DNA of 64,000 nucleotides, from NCBI GenBank assembly GCA_951406725.2, contig OX597822.1, positions 6,820,001-6,884,000 of the forward strand, read 5' to 3'. Positions within the stretch are counted from its first letter, which is position 1, and every line of letters begins with the position of its first letter. The position numbers and the translations under genes were made by a program. Positions 13,262-26,164 of the stretch are shown piece by piece. Origin of the DNA: Octopus vulgaris. Its lineage: Eukaryota. The notes under the pieces were generated by a model. It searched no databases and was not told where the DNA came from. It saw only the letters and a program-made list of their open reading frames with translations.

Positions 13262-13647
13262 TGGAAGCACTCCGTTGGTTACGACGACGAGGGTTCCGGT
13301 TGATCCGAATCAACGGAACAGCCTGCTCTTGAAATTAACGTGTAAGTGGTTGAGCACTCCACAGACACGTGTACCCTTAACGTAGTTCTCGGGGATATTC
13401 AGCGTGACACAGAGAGTGACAAGGCTGGCCCTTTGAAATACAGGTACAACAGAAACAGGAAGTAAGAGTGAGGGAGAAAGTTGTGGTGAAAGAGTACAGA
13501 AGGGATCACCACCATCCCCTGCCGGAGCCTCGTGGAGCTTTTAGGTGTTTTCGCTCAATTAACACTCACAACGCCCGATCTGGGAATCGAAACCGCGATC
13601 CTATGACCGCGAGTCCGCTGCCCTAACCACTGGGCCATTGCGCCTTC
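13262..13647 (-). mobile_element. tRNA-derived SINE, family A, with a different 3' tail
   Basis: Same head and body as 4013-4200; GGTTTCGATTCCC B-box-like motif. Confidence 0.82.
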
Positions 13648-14084
13648 ACTCCGTATAAACAATACCACAATATACAACTGAAGAAAATTGAGAAATGCAA
13701 AGTCGAATACAAAGGTATACGTAACAAAGTTTAGCTTACTGAAAAAACCCTACGACAATATGACGTTCTGGTGAGAATGTAGTCATGCACTTAACGCCTA
13801 GATGGCTGGAAATTCGGATTAACTCTGACCTGGTGACCGAGCAATTTTGTGACAGATTTTACTTTCGACTATAAAGGAGAATTAATGCAAGATATATAGT
13901 CTAAGATACAGAAGATCGACATTCGGAGAATGTGTGTTACAGGTAAAATTAGAAACTAGCAACTTAGAGTTCATCTGTCGTTAATTTAGTGACATCTATA
14001 CAAACCTTAATTTGTCATGGAATAGCACAATTTAACTTCTGTATCCATAGATGGGGCATGCGAATAACTGTCAATTGCTTTATA

Positions 14085-14331
14085 TATTTCTTTACTACCC
14101 ACAAGGGGCTAAACACAGAGGGGACAAACAAGGACAGACAAACGGATTAGGTCGATTACATCGACCCCAGTGCGTAACTGGTACTTAATATTATCGACCC
14201 CGAGAAGGATGAAAGGCAAAGTCGACCTCGGTGGAATTTGAACTCGGAACGTATCGACAGACGAAATACGGCTTCGCATTTCGCCCGGCGTGCTAACCCT
14301 TCTGCCAGCTCGCCGCCTTACGTTTCTGCCA
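14085..14331 (-). mobile_element. tRNA-derived SINE, family C, with a 13-bp TSD
   Basis: Head GGCGGCGAGCTGGCAGAA...GAGTTCAAATTCC; CAATTGCTTTATA at 14072-14084 and 14332-14344. Confidence 0.9.
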
Positions 14332-14769
14332 CAATTGCTTTATAGTTGTAAGTAAAGAATTCAATAGAACGACATTGAGCGAATTATCATGTCCTAATCT
14401 AATCACAACTATGCATCGATATTTTCTTTCAGCAAGTACTTCCGTTTCTTAAATGATGCAGGGCTATGAAACAGAGTTACTGCCCCCCTCGACAAATAGT
14501 TTGAGAATATCTGGGCAAACAATGAGAGTAAGGAAAGTAACAGGGGTGGGGGGGGGGGAACTATCATCAAAGGAAAAAGTAAGCATTGGTCAGATTCAAC
14601 TTCAATGAGCAAAAGTACCAAAATATTGAAGAAAGGATAGAAGACTATAAAAATGGAAAGAATGAGAAAAAGGCAAAGAAGGAGGAAAAGAAAGATGCGG
14701 AGGATGAGGACAATAACAACTACAGGATTGTCATCAACAGCAACAGCATTAAAATTAAAACAACAACAA

Positions 14770-15159
14770 GGCGTAGGAGTGGCTGTGTGGTAAGTAGCTT
14801 GTTTACCAATCACATGGTTCTGGGTTCAGTCCCACTGCGTGGCACCTTGGGCCGACCAAAGCCTTGTGAGTGGAATTTTGGTAGAAAGAAACTGAAAGAA
14901 GTCCGTCGTATATATGTATATATATATATATGCGCGTGTGTGTTTGTGTGTCTGTGTTTGTCCCCCTAGCATTACTTGACAACCGATGCTGGTGTGTTTA
15001 TGTCCCCGTCACTTAGCGGTTCGGCAAAAGAGACCGATAGAATAAGTACTGGGCTTACAAAAGAAAAAAGTCTCGGGGTCGAGTTGCTCGATTAAAGGCG
15101 GTGCTCCAGCATGGCCGCAGTCAAATGACTGAAACAAGTAAAAGAGTAAAAGAGAGTAA
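14770..15159 (+). mobile_element. SINE family B copy
   Basis: Homologous to 6652-7097, with a short internal deletion. Confidence 0.88.
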
Positions 15160-15479
15160 TTAAAAGGCTTGGAGAATAAAGAAAAGAAGCAAAATAAATG
15201 AGAAAGATAGGGTGAATGAGACGGGACAAGAAAGAAAATATATGAAAGAAAAATAAATGTAAAGAATGCAGGATGTAAGGAAACCGATAATAATGAGAAA
15301 GAGAAGGAAGGAGAGAAGAGCAGTGGAGAGAAATATGTGCTGTGCCAGAATACAAGAGAAGGAGGAAAATAAAGTATTCTGAAAAAAAAATGATGGTGTT
15401 GATGGCAATGATGACGGTGGAGACGGTGGTGATGGTGATAACCTTGATGGCAATGATGATGATCATGATACTGACAAGA

Positions 15480-15792
15480 AGATGATGTTAAGTATCACAA
15501 ATTACGATCATGAAGATAACGATGATAATGATGTGTTGTTATTGTTGACGATGATGACGATGCCGCTGCTGCTTCTGCTGCCTCTGATGATGATTATGAT
15601 TATGATGATGATGATGATGATAATGATGATGATGATGATGACGATGATGATGATGATGATGACGACGACGATAATGATGATAATGATGTGTTGTTATTGT
15701 TGACGATGATGACGATGGTGCTGCTACCTCTGATGATGATGATGATGATGATGATAATGATGATGATGGTGATGATGATGATGATGATGATA

Positions 15793-15822
<30 letters not shown>
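15480..15822. repeat. (GAT)n degenerate microsatellite with internal duplication
   Basis: Visible; GATGTGTTGTTATTGTTGACGATG occurs twice. Confidence 0.9.
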
Positions 15823-15824
<2 letters not shown>

Positions 15825-16271
15825 GCTCATTTATTCGTATATTGTTTTTAGGAATTAGCTACAAGCAGATCTCACCTTATTTTAAAGCTACCAAACTGTA
15901 ATAAAAAATATTTCAAAGTGTGGGTATACGTTCATGTAAGATTAAGAAATATGAAGGAATGACTGCTTGTTGAGAAAAGCTACATGTGAATGAATAACAG
16001 AGGGAATGTTTGAAGTGCGTGGGAACAATGTGTGATACAATCGGTGAGACCCAATAGAAGGAGCGAAAACCGTATTAATATGAGTCCATCCAGATGTAAA
16101 GTTTTTAAGCAATGTAAGATTCTCTTAAAATTGTGGATTTTACTCAAAGGATATTGGAATATTACACATATATACGATTATGCCTATAAAACGAATTTAT
16201 GAACTCAATACCTATATTAATTAATAATAACATCCTTTCATCGGATATGACTTAATTTTTCCTCTCACACC

Positions 16272-16326
16272 GTCTCCGATGAAAGGATATTATTATTAAT
16301 TAATATCCTAGAAACAGCTGTAAGAC
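16272..16326 (+). ncRNA. Minimal type I hammerhead-like motif with palindromic stem III
   Basis: GTCT-CCGATGA-a-AGGATATT...AATATCCT-a-GAAAC-AGCT-GTA-AGAC; core variant CCGAUGA; ACAGCTGT palindrome. Confidence 0.65.
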
Positions 16327-16524
16327 CTTCTATCTATAAATGCTCTAATATCTATACAGCCTTGATTTGTTTTATCTCATTAAGCAAAAATTCATATATA
16401 CACACGTTGACAAAGAACCAACGTTGAACCCTGTATTACCGAGTCTGGAACTTAACTATGGTCTGTCTATAGCACTTATTCAGCATTACCTGAAATTGCC
16501 TGGGTCTCAATGATACCATTATCT

Positions 16525-16564
<40 letters not shown>

Positions 16565-16566
<2 letters not shown>

Positions 16567-16726
16567 CGCAGGAGTGGCTGTGTGGTAAGTAACTTGCTTA
16601 CCAACCATATGGTTCCGGCTTCTGTCCCACTGCGTGGCACCTTGTGCAAGTGTCTTCTACTATAGCCCCGGGCTGACGAAAGCCTTGCGAGTGGATTTGG
16701 TAGACGGAAACTGGAAGAAGCCCGTC

Positions 16727-16782
<56 letters not shown>

Positions 16783-17007
16783 GCATGTGCGTTTATATGT
16801 TTGTGTGCCTGTGTTTGCCACCCCACCAACATAACTTGACAACCGATGCTGGTGTGTTTACGTCACCGTAAATTTGCTGTTCGGCAAAAAAGGCCGATAA
16901 AATAAGTACAAGGCTTCCAAAGAGTAAGTCCTAGGGTCGATTTGCTCGTCCAAAGGCGGTGCTCCAGCATGGCCGCAGTCAAATGACTGAAACAAATAGA
17001 AGAGAGT
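16565..17007 (+). mobile_element. SINE family B copy
   Basis: Homologous to 6652-7097. Confidence 0.88.
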
Positions 17008-17052
17008 ATATATATAATAAATATATATATATATATATATACATACACATAT

Positions 17053-17099
<47 letters not shown>

Positions 17100-17486
17100 C
17101 ATTTGTATACATATATATATAATTATTTTTCCTATCAGTAATTAAAAGTAGAACAAGGTCACTTGGTTCTTTTCAAGGCTAAGATCAGCGCTCTCATTGA
17201 TCGCTATTAGTAGTAAACACATTTGATCTCTGCTGACGCGAAGGGTGTGAGGCCGCATTTGTCTCCGTATCACACAGGAATGCCCATTGCTGATCTCTTC
17301 ACCATCTGCCGAATCTATTTAGAGACCTGTAGAATTTAATCTGTTCGCCAAGCTGTCTATGTTATTACCATGATCATCTCAATTACAAGACAAATGTTGA
17401 AATTAAGTAGCATTCAATAATATCTTTAATGCTAAATGGAAATAATAATAATGAGAATAATAATGGTGATGTTGGTAATAGTGATG

Positions 17487-18060
17487 TGGAAAATGACCAC
17501 ATCTCACTCCTCTGGAACTTCACCATTCAAACTGACAGAAAGATAGATGCAAAAAGGCCAGACATCATATTGAAAGACTTCAAACAAAGAACATGCCTCC
17601 TCGTTGATATGACTGTCCCAATCGATATAAAATATCTGTCAAGACCTACCAAAAACTGAGCAAATATAAAGATCTTGAAATAGAAATCAGCAAAATGTGG
17701 AACCTGAAGACTAAAACAATACCTGTTGTCATAGGTTCCCTGGTAATGATAGCAAAAGGTGCTGATCGCTACTTAGCTCAGATACCAGGAAACCCCAAAA
17801 TGGCAGAAATTCAAAAAATAGTGCTCATGGAAACTGCTCATATCCTACGCAAAATACTTTCTATGTAATCTCAAGTTTTAAAACAAACATTTTTATTTTT
17901 TAATTTTTTTAGGCTTTCAGTTGTACAACACTAAATACAAAACCAAATATTTGGCACACTATGCATAACAACAATACGAACTTCCAACCTGTTGTCTCTT
18001 GAGGCCTCTGTGTGAGACTTGGAGCCAACTTGTACAAATATAAATCAAAAGTCAAACATA
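17487..18060 (+). mobile_element. 5'-truncated R4/Dong-like LINE 3' end (restriction-like endonuclease plus 3' UTR)
   Basis: LLWNFTIQTDRKIDAKRPDII...CLLVDMTVP and KYKDLEIEISKMW (PD-(D/E)xK RLE domain), directly followed by (TAA)n. Confidence 0.85.
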
Positions 18061-18070
18061 TGATGATAAT

Positions 18071-18163
<93 letters not shown>

Positions 18164-18221
18164 TATAATAATAATAATGATAATAATGATAATAATAACA
18201 ATAATAACAATGATAATAATG

Positions 18222-18264
<43 letters not shown>

Positions 18265-18296
18265 TAATAATAACAATAATAATAATGATAATAATG

Positions 18297-18368
<72 letters not shown>
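18061..18368. repeat. (TAA)n microsatellite
   Basis: Visible. Confidence 0.97.
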
Positions 18369-18369
<1 letters not shown>

Positions 18370-18551
18370 ACCAGGACTTACAAACACATATAACATACAG
18401 AAAATTGCACTACTAGGCACTGCACACATCCTACGTAGAACACTTTCCATACAATAACCATCAGAGCATCACAACAAATCACAGCACATACCCAAGGCAC
18501 ACAGAGCTGCGCTCGGTAGTGAAGTGAAAGCACGCTATAAAAATAATAATA

Positions 18552-18555
<4 letters not shown>
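18369..18555 (+). mobile_element. Very short 3' end of an RLE LINE embedded in (TAA)n
   Basis: PGLTNTYNIQKIALLGTAHILRRTLSIQ* plus 3' UTR; near-identical to the corresponding parts of 47970-48455 and 48680-48944. Confidence 0.85.
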
Positions 18556-18639
<84 letters not shown>

Positions 18640-20604
18640 TGAAGCGGTTGGATCTCCCTATGCTCTGATTGATGATACATCTGGTTATGGTGTCATAATA
18701 AAAACACTGGTAACTGCGCAACCTGATAATAGCTATCAGATATGAGTGACAAAAAGAAAAGCCAAAATATTGTGAAAAACGGTGGTAATGAATCTGAAAC
18801 CCTTTATGGTGTCTGTTTTACACTCGGCAGGCTCAGAAATACTGGTTCCATTCCAGTCTGTCGTTAACCAGCAAGAAACCAGAACACACGGCGTAGATAA
18901 GGCAAACAAGTCAATGTTGTGGTCTTACTACCTGAGCAACTCTATAGACGACAGTGATGCTCATCTTGGCGGATACCGGTAACGTATGTATGATCAATGG
19001 AGGGGAAAAGGCTTTTTTCAATTCACAGTAAAGAGAGTATGTGACCGAGCTAGAGCAAAAAGAAAAAAAAATCGTTGGTTCGCAGAAGTAGAGCATGAAG
19101 CTATCAAAAGACGGGTATTGGAAAACAGCAGCAGAGGAAACGATGAAAATTAAGCTCCTGCTGATTAAAGTAATCTCATAGCAGAAAACAGAGATGGAAT
19201 CTCTGATAAACCACTGGAAAGGAACGGTGATAGCTTGCTCAATGAGAGACATAGAGGCTGTTTTGGAAGAAGACAATAAAATTAATGGTGACATGACAGA
19301 TGGGCAAAAGGCAATCTACGACAGAATAAAGGCAAGGCTACAGGAGAAGGATAGTGACATTATTTGTAGCATTAATAACGTTGATCGGTGGAGATTGAAC
19401 CAAGAAACGAAAAATGTGAATGAGATTCTGAAATATATCAGAATAAAAATCACCGCAGAAACAAATAATTTGATCAAGGCAGCAATATAATAGGAGTGGA
19501 AAAAGAAAGAATCCATGATGGGAAATAATACAGGCGGATTTAGACATGATCTTTGAGGACATGTTGGTGTTAGACCGAAAAGAAAAGGGAAAGCTTAAAA
19601 GCGAACAAAAATAAAGAGCACTGAACAGAAAGTACAATATTGAAAGAAAGGTTCTGGAAGTGGCAATCGAGGAACTGAAATAGCGCCTCGTTGCAAAGAA
19701 AGCAAAGAAGATAAGACACGACCAAAGAATGAAGGGTTACCACCAGAATAGGCTACTCAGATTAGATCAGAAGAGATTCTAGAAATAAATAAATGGAGAA
19801 TGTACAGATGAAAAGTTGATCCAAGACGACATTGAATGTTAAAGGTTTTACAGTGACATCTGGAGAAAAAGACAAAGAGCAGAAGAAGGATGCTGAATCG
19901 ATGCAAAAACTAAAACAAACAGTAGCCTGGCCAAAACAGGCAGAAGTAGTCATTTTAGTTAGGGTAGTGAAGGAAATCAGCCCCAAACTGAGCAACTGGA
20001 AGGCCCCGGGACCAGATGTAGTTCAAGGCTACTGGGTCAAAGAATTTGGTGAATGTCATGCACGAAAAGATGCACAACTCAATGCTGACCAAGTAACACC
20101 AGAATGGTTGACATTGGGTAGGACAGTGCTGTGCTTGAAAAACATCGAAAAAAGCAATACGGTAGACAATTACAGGCCAATATCACGATTGGCAGCTATG
20201 TGGAATTTTTTGATCGGAAAAAATGGCATCAGCCACATGGGCAGAAGGGTTGAAAGCACATGTACACAGGTACCAAGTATCAACTCCGAGTAGATAAAAC
20301 TGTACTTAGAGACAGCAAGATTAGGAAAACTACCTTAGCCATATCATGCATTGATTATTGTAAGGTGTACGATATGATCCCACATGAACCTATTTGGTAT
20401 TGCATCGAATGCTGAGCGAGAAGTACGTGGAACAAATAGGGGCTGCAACAAGGGTGGAGTACTTGCAGAAAACAGCACTGCTTGGAACCGCTCGAAAACT
20501 CAGAATGGTGCTCGAAAAATAATGGATGCTACCTAAGTTCACTGGTTGTGAACAACTAGAATCGTAGTACACCTGCAGCGATAGAAGCTGTGCAAAGACG
20601 ATAA

Positions 20605-20605
<1 letters not shown>
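18640..20605 (+). mobile_element. R4/Dong-like LINE, internally deleted, flanked by (TAA)n on both sides
   Basis: WKAPGPDVVQGYW, TPEWLTLGRTVL, NYRPIS and IDYCKVYDMIPH, then a jump to the terminal LQKTALLGTARKLRMVLEK*. Confidence 0.85.
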
Positions 20606-20696
<91 letters not shown>

Positions 20697-20713
20697 AAGA
20701 AGAAGAAGAAGAA
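20606..20713. repeat. (TAA)n-(GAA)n microsatellite
   Basis: Visible. Confidence 0.95.
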
Positions 20714-21258
20714 GACAGAGCAGTTGTTGGGAAGGAAGAAAAGAAGGTGAGGAGGAGAAGGAACATATACAGTAAGAGGAAACGAAGAAAGGAAACCGGG
20801 TGTTTAACGGGAAATATCTGATTATCTGATGCGGAGGGGAAACAATTAGAAAATAATAAGAGGGAAATAATTATGGAGAAGAATTAGAGAAAAAGAGAAA
20901 CGCAACATGAGGTAGCAACAATAAGAAACTCCAAGAGTTGAGGAATGAAATGAGAAGCGGGGAGAACATGACAGTGAAGTGGAAAAGATAGAGAGGGGGA
21001 AGTAGTTGGAAGAGTAGATGCATTGAACGCCCATCAGATTGTATCAGTGAAAATACGGTTGTAATAAACGTTGCTTCAGCGACCGGCTGATGATTCGAAG
21101 GAAGGACCAAAAGCTCATAAGAAAATGAGAATGAATAATAAGAATAGGAAGCAGATGAATTGGTGGGAGGAGAAAGAGTGGGAGGCAGAGAAAGAAAGGG
21201 AGAGAGAGACAGAGAGAGTCTCTGTGCATCAAATATCGGATGAGAGGTGGCAGATGGA

Positions 21259-21672
21259 GGGCGAGCTGGCAGAAACGTTAGCACGCCGGGCGAAATGCGT
21301 AGCCGTATTTCGTCTGCCGTTACGTTTTGAGTTCAAATTCTGTCGAGGTTGACTTTGCCTTTCATTCTTTCGGGGTCGATAAATAAAGTACCAGTTACGC
21401 ACTGGGGTCGATATAATCGACTTAATCCGTTTGTCTGTCCTTGTTTGTCCTCTCTGTGTTTAGCTCCTTGTGGGTAGTAAAGAAATAGGTATTTCGTCTG
21501 GCGCTACGTTCTGAGTTCAAATTCCGTCGAGTTCGACTTTGCCTTTCATCCTATCGGTGTCGATAAATTAAGTACCAGTTACGCACTGGAGGTCGATATA
21601 ATCAACTTAATCCGTTCGACTGTCCTTGTTTGTCCCCTCTGTGTGTAGTTCCTTCAGGGCAGTAAAAAAATA
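21259..21672 (+). mobile_element. Head-to-tail dimer of SINE family C
   Basis: Full unit 21259-21487 followed by a 5'-truncated unit 21488-21672; AGATGG lies on both flanks (possible TSD). Confidence 0.88.
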
Positions 21673-22382
21673 AGATGGTGATTCAGAGAAAGAGGAAAAA
21701 GAGAAAAGAGTAGAACGTTGGAAATAGGGAATTAAATTTAAAGGTACAAGTTAAAAGGAGAGGAATGGACATTTCTCCCTTCTTTCTATAATGTGGCATA
21801 GGGCCTGATAATTTAGGGAAAAGTACAATCTAAATCCATTATACTCCATGACCGAGTGGTACTCTTTATATAGAGTCCGAAAGGGATGAAAGGCAAAGTA
21901 GACCGTGGTAGAATTTGAACTCACGTCACGAAGGCCAAAGAAATGCCTCTAAACATTTTGTGTGGCATGATAATGCTCATTTCAGAAAGCAGTCTTTGAG
22001 AAATGGCGATATAAATAGAGATAATGTAGATATGAGAAAAATCTCGAGGAGATGTGCTTAGTGAGACGCCGTTTGTAAAATTTGATGCAAGACTGAAAAA
22101 ATAAAATATTTCGGAAATTATAATCAAATGAAAATGGGATAAATCATACGGTAGTAATGTCAAGTTTACATTGTCTTTCACAATGCCTTATAATTATTCG
22201 ATTGAAGCATTCTTTTAACTGTGTGTCTATTTTTATGATTTAATGAATGTCTACGCCTTCACTATCGTTTATGATTTTGTCTTGTTTTGTATTGCATATT
22301 GATATTCAATGATTTTGTTGTAAGTAAACATAATCTCGTACGTCAGTTCTTGATAATTTCTTAGGTACACACACACACACAT

Positions 22383-22435
<53 letters not shown>

Positions 22436-22436
<1 letters not shown>

Positions 22437-22810
22437 TAGCAGTATAACCTGGCGTTGCTCGGGTTTGTAAGGGAAATAACTATATAAACATTTTTAGAGA
22501 TGTAAAGTATATGGCTAACCACAAAAGGGGGTGTTACTGTAGCTTTTTACGTTCTGAGATTTAATAATATATTTTTAGAGAGTTACTTCCCTTATATAAT
22601 AGCAAAAAAATGCATTAAAAATGGGAAAAAATGATGGTAATTTTTTTAAAATCGTAGACTGATCGTAGACGCGCGCTAATACGCAGAAGGGCTCGATATG
22701 AATCACGACTATAAGATACCCGGTTTTGGTTACACTGCACCGCAAATTGTGGGAGTAGTTAGGAATCTAAATCGTAAGAGACCGACACACAACTTCACTT
22801 TTATATATAA

Positions 22811-22813
<3 letters not shown>
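22436..22813 (-). mobile_element. Non-autonomous Helitron-like element, copy 2, inserted in (TA)n
   Basis: Same TC...hairpin-CTAG termini and body as 4734-5134. Confidence 0.8.
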
Positions 22814-22850
<37 letters not shown>

Positions 22851-23313
22851 CATGATATGATGCTGGTCTCTAGTAGTCTGGGGATGTCGATTCTGCAATT
22901 TCTTATTAAACAATCTGAATAAATGATTTGTTTATAGTGACCAAATACTTATGCTGTACATTTGTTCGTCCCCCCCCTATCCATCAAACCTACGTACCTA
23001 AACAGATGCAGGGTTCACCAAATGTCAGGCGTCAAAGTGATCGCAGAGGAACGTGAGATGAAGAATTTTGATCAAGAATACAATGCACCAACAGGTTTAG
23101 TATTTGAAGCCTCGTTCTCGCGATCTCGAGCGCAACTCCCTAAACGCTTGATCATGCGCCCGCCCTCCCACCCGCGCGCACACCACACTCCACCACACAT
23201 ACATACATGTAAATAGATGTATATGTGAATGCGAGTATGCGAGTGTGAGTTCGTGTGTGTGTATCTATACACTGGCAGCTGTTGCATCAGCAAAATGCGG
23301 AACTTTATAGAGT

Positions 23314-23640
23314 CATGGCTTAATGGTTAGTTCGTCGGGCTCGCAATCGTATGTTAGTGAGTTCGATTCCTAGACGAGGTTGTGCCTTGTGTTCTTGAGC
23401 AAGACACTTTATTTTCACGCTGCTCCACTTCAGTCAGTTCTAGAAATGAATTGCGATGTCACTGGCACCAAGCTGTATCGGCCTTTAGCTTTCTCTTGGA
23501 GAGCATCGTTGGTGTGGTGAGGAGATGCTGGAATACATGGGCGACTGCTGTACTTCCACAAAGAAGTTTGGCCGGACTTGGGCCTCGGAGGGAAACTTTC
23601 GAAGCGCATTCCTATGACCATTCATACCGAAGAGTTTCTT
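23314..23640 (+). mobile_element. SINE family D copy (diverged)
   Basis: TGGCTTAATGG, GAGTTCGATTCC and TGTGTTCTTGAGCAAGACACTT. Confidence 0.78.
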
Positions 23641-23958
23641 TACACTTTAATGGGGGTAAATCTGGGGAAAATCTTCATCAAATGCAAAATATCTGTGATT
23701 ATTCCAGATTTTGTTATTTTATAATATTTAAATCAAGAGCTGAAACTTTCGAAAGAGCTCGATCGAAACGTCAATTTTATCATAAATTTATTCTGAAGAT
23801 GAGATTATGTGTCTCAAAACAGTAATAGATTTATGGAATTAATCAACCCATTATTCTATATTAGATATCAAGGACAATCAAGGAAATAAGAATAGCTGGT
23901 TTCTGCTTAATTACATACATGCATTCAATCATACTCTCATAAAATAATACATGTTTGT

Positions 23959-24003
<45 letters not shown>

Positions 24004-24020
24004 TATATACATATATATAC

Positions 24021-24080
<60 letters not shown>

Positions 24081-24279
24081 ATAAATATTAGGGAATAAAT
24101 CCAAATTTACAGGGAAAAATCAGATTTAGGATTGAATCCAATTTTATAGTGAAAATATAATATAATATAATCTTAATTATACTTAATTTATATAAAAAAT
24201 TTTACGTATTGAATTAAGTCTTTCTTTGTTTGATTTGCCTAATAGTGGTTTTGTCTCTAATTAATATTATATCTATATA

Positions 24280-24470
<191 letters not shown>

Positions 24471-24473
24471 ATA

Positions 24474-24591
24474 TCACGTGATCACGTGACCGACCAGACC
24501 ATCAGATGTTGCTACACATCGCTGGTCACAATGCGTTCGCATTGTTTTAGCCTTCAAATGACGCCACCCCACTGGCTAAGCGAGCAGGCCA

Positions 24592-24592
<1 letters not shown>
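24474..24592 (-). mobile_element. Isolated 3' tail module of SINE family A (palindrome-ended)
   Basis: Reverse complement matches 4200-4292, including CACGTGATCACGTG. Confidence 0.75.
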
Positions 24593-24641
<49 letters not shown>

Positions 24642-24649
24642 AGTCGCCA

Positions 24650-24845
24650 TGATAGATCGTTAGCCACTACACATTTTTTCTTTCCTTGTCTCTCTCCTTG
24701 GTTTTTTTCTGTGTCCCTTTCTGTAGAAGAGCGTAGGCTCGAAACATGAAATACTTTTTTATTCCTGAGCCTTATACTAATACATCTATTTGTTTTGTAC
24801 ACCACCTGTCTTCGTCTGTTGTTGTTTTTTTCGTAAACTCCCTCT
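24650..24845 (+). mobile_element. Short repeat with a hammerhead-like core (24717-24751)
   Basis: TTT-CTGTAGA-a-GAGC(gtag)GCTC-GAAAC-ATG-AAA; non-canonical core; homologous to 4352-4545. Confidence 0.55.
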
Positions 24846-24974
24846 ATATATATACATATAGATGCACAGGCACACAGACATACAAACACACAGGCATATA
24901 TATACATTGACACAGACACACACATACATGCAGACATACATGCATATATATCGCTTTAAATTCATACACAGACA

Positions 24975-25206
24975 TACGATAGGGGGCTGAACAATTAATA
25001 GCATTGGCAAAAACTAAAAACCCCAGATTCAGTCAATTATGACTATATTAACTATATTCCTCTTTCCGATTCATATACATATTGTAGCAGCCCTTCAGTT
25101 TCTTTAAGGCTTTGTTTAAGGATTGGAAAAGAACTCAGAAGGTGGGGCATACAATCTGGCCTGTCGTGTGGCCTTAAAGCCAGGAACTTTTCAGCAACCC
25201 CTCATA
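24975..25206. mobile_element. Mariner-like MITE, degenerate
   Basis: Right end reads TATGAGGGGTTGCTGAAAAGTTCCTGGC on the minus strand; left end TACGATAGGGGGCTGAA is an imperfect inverted match; TA flanks. Confidence 0.45.
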
Positions 25207-25249
25207 TATATATATACATTAATGTATGTGTGTGCTTTCGTTTCAAAGT

Positions 25250-25452
25250 TTGGGCCTAGGGCACCATTTGTGACATAGGGGTTAGGTCGATTACTTTGAC
25301 CCCCAGTCCTCCTTTTGTACTTATTTAATCGACCCTGAAACAATGAAAAGGAAAATCAACCAAGCTGGAATTTGGAAATCAAAACGGCAAGACGGACGAG
25401 ATGCCGCTAAGCATTTTGATCGGCATGCTAACGATACTGCCAGGTCGCTACC
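25250..25452 (-). mobile_element. Degraded SINE family C
   Basis: GTCGATTACTTTGACCCCAGT...ATTTAATCGACCC...GCATGCTAACGAT match family C. Confidence 0.6.
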
Positions 25453-26002
25453 TCTAACACCTATACTTTTATTTACATATAAATGTTGCTGTGAACAAAT
25501 TTTTGTCAATCTCAAAAATCGTTACTCCGAGTCCTTCGTTTCTGAAATTTCTCTTCCGCAAATGAGAGTAATCATTTCTGAAAACTCATCTTCCTATAAA
25601 TTATATAACATTTGTATCTGTATTGATTCCTTGTATTTTCTCTTTTGACTACATTAAGCGTATATCAACCTTATGTAAGCATAAACACACGAAGCCACAT
25701 ACAAAGTCTCACACACGTGTACATAGAAATTAACGGAAATATATGCATGCATATATACACACGCGCATGGTTATGTATATATGATAGTATGTATGTATGC
25801 ATGTATGTATATATATATATATATACATATACAGAGAGAGAGAGAGAGAAAGTGAGTGAGAGACAGAGAGAGACAGAGAAGTGAATGTGGATGTGCGCGT
25901 GTTCATGTATTTTTACACGTATATTTGCCTATATATGTACATATACATTTATATATATCTGTATATATATATACACATACAAGCATGTATGTTTACACAC
26001 AC

Positions 26003-26054
<52 letters not shown>

Positions 26055-26064
26055 GCACACACAT

Positions 26065-26164
<100 letters not shown>

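Noticed and set aside
25480-25600. Possible minus-strand exon(s); also 26335-26410
   Set aside because: Weak splice signals, early stops, no recognisable product.
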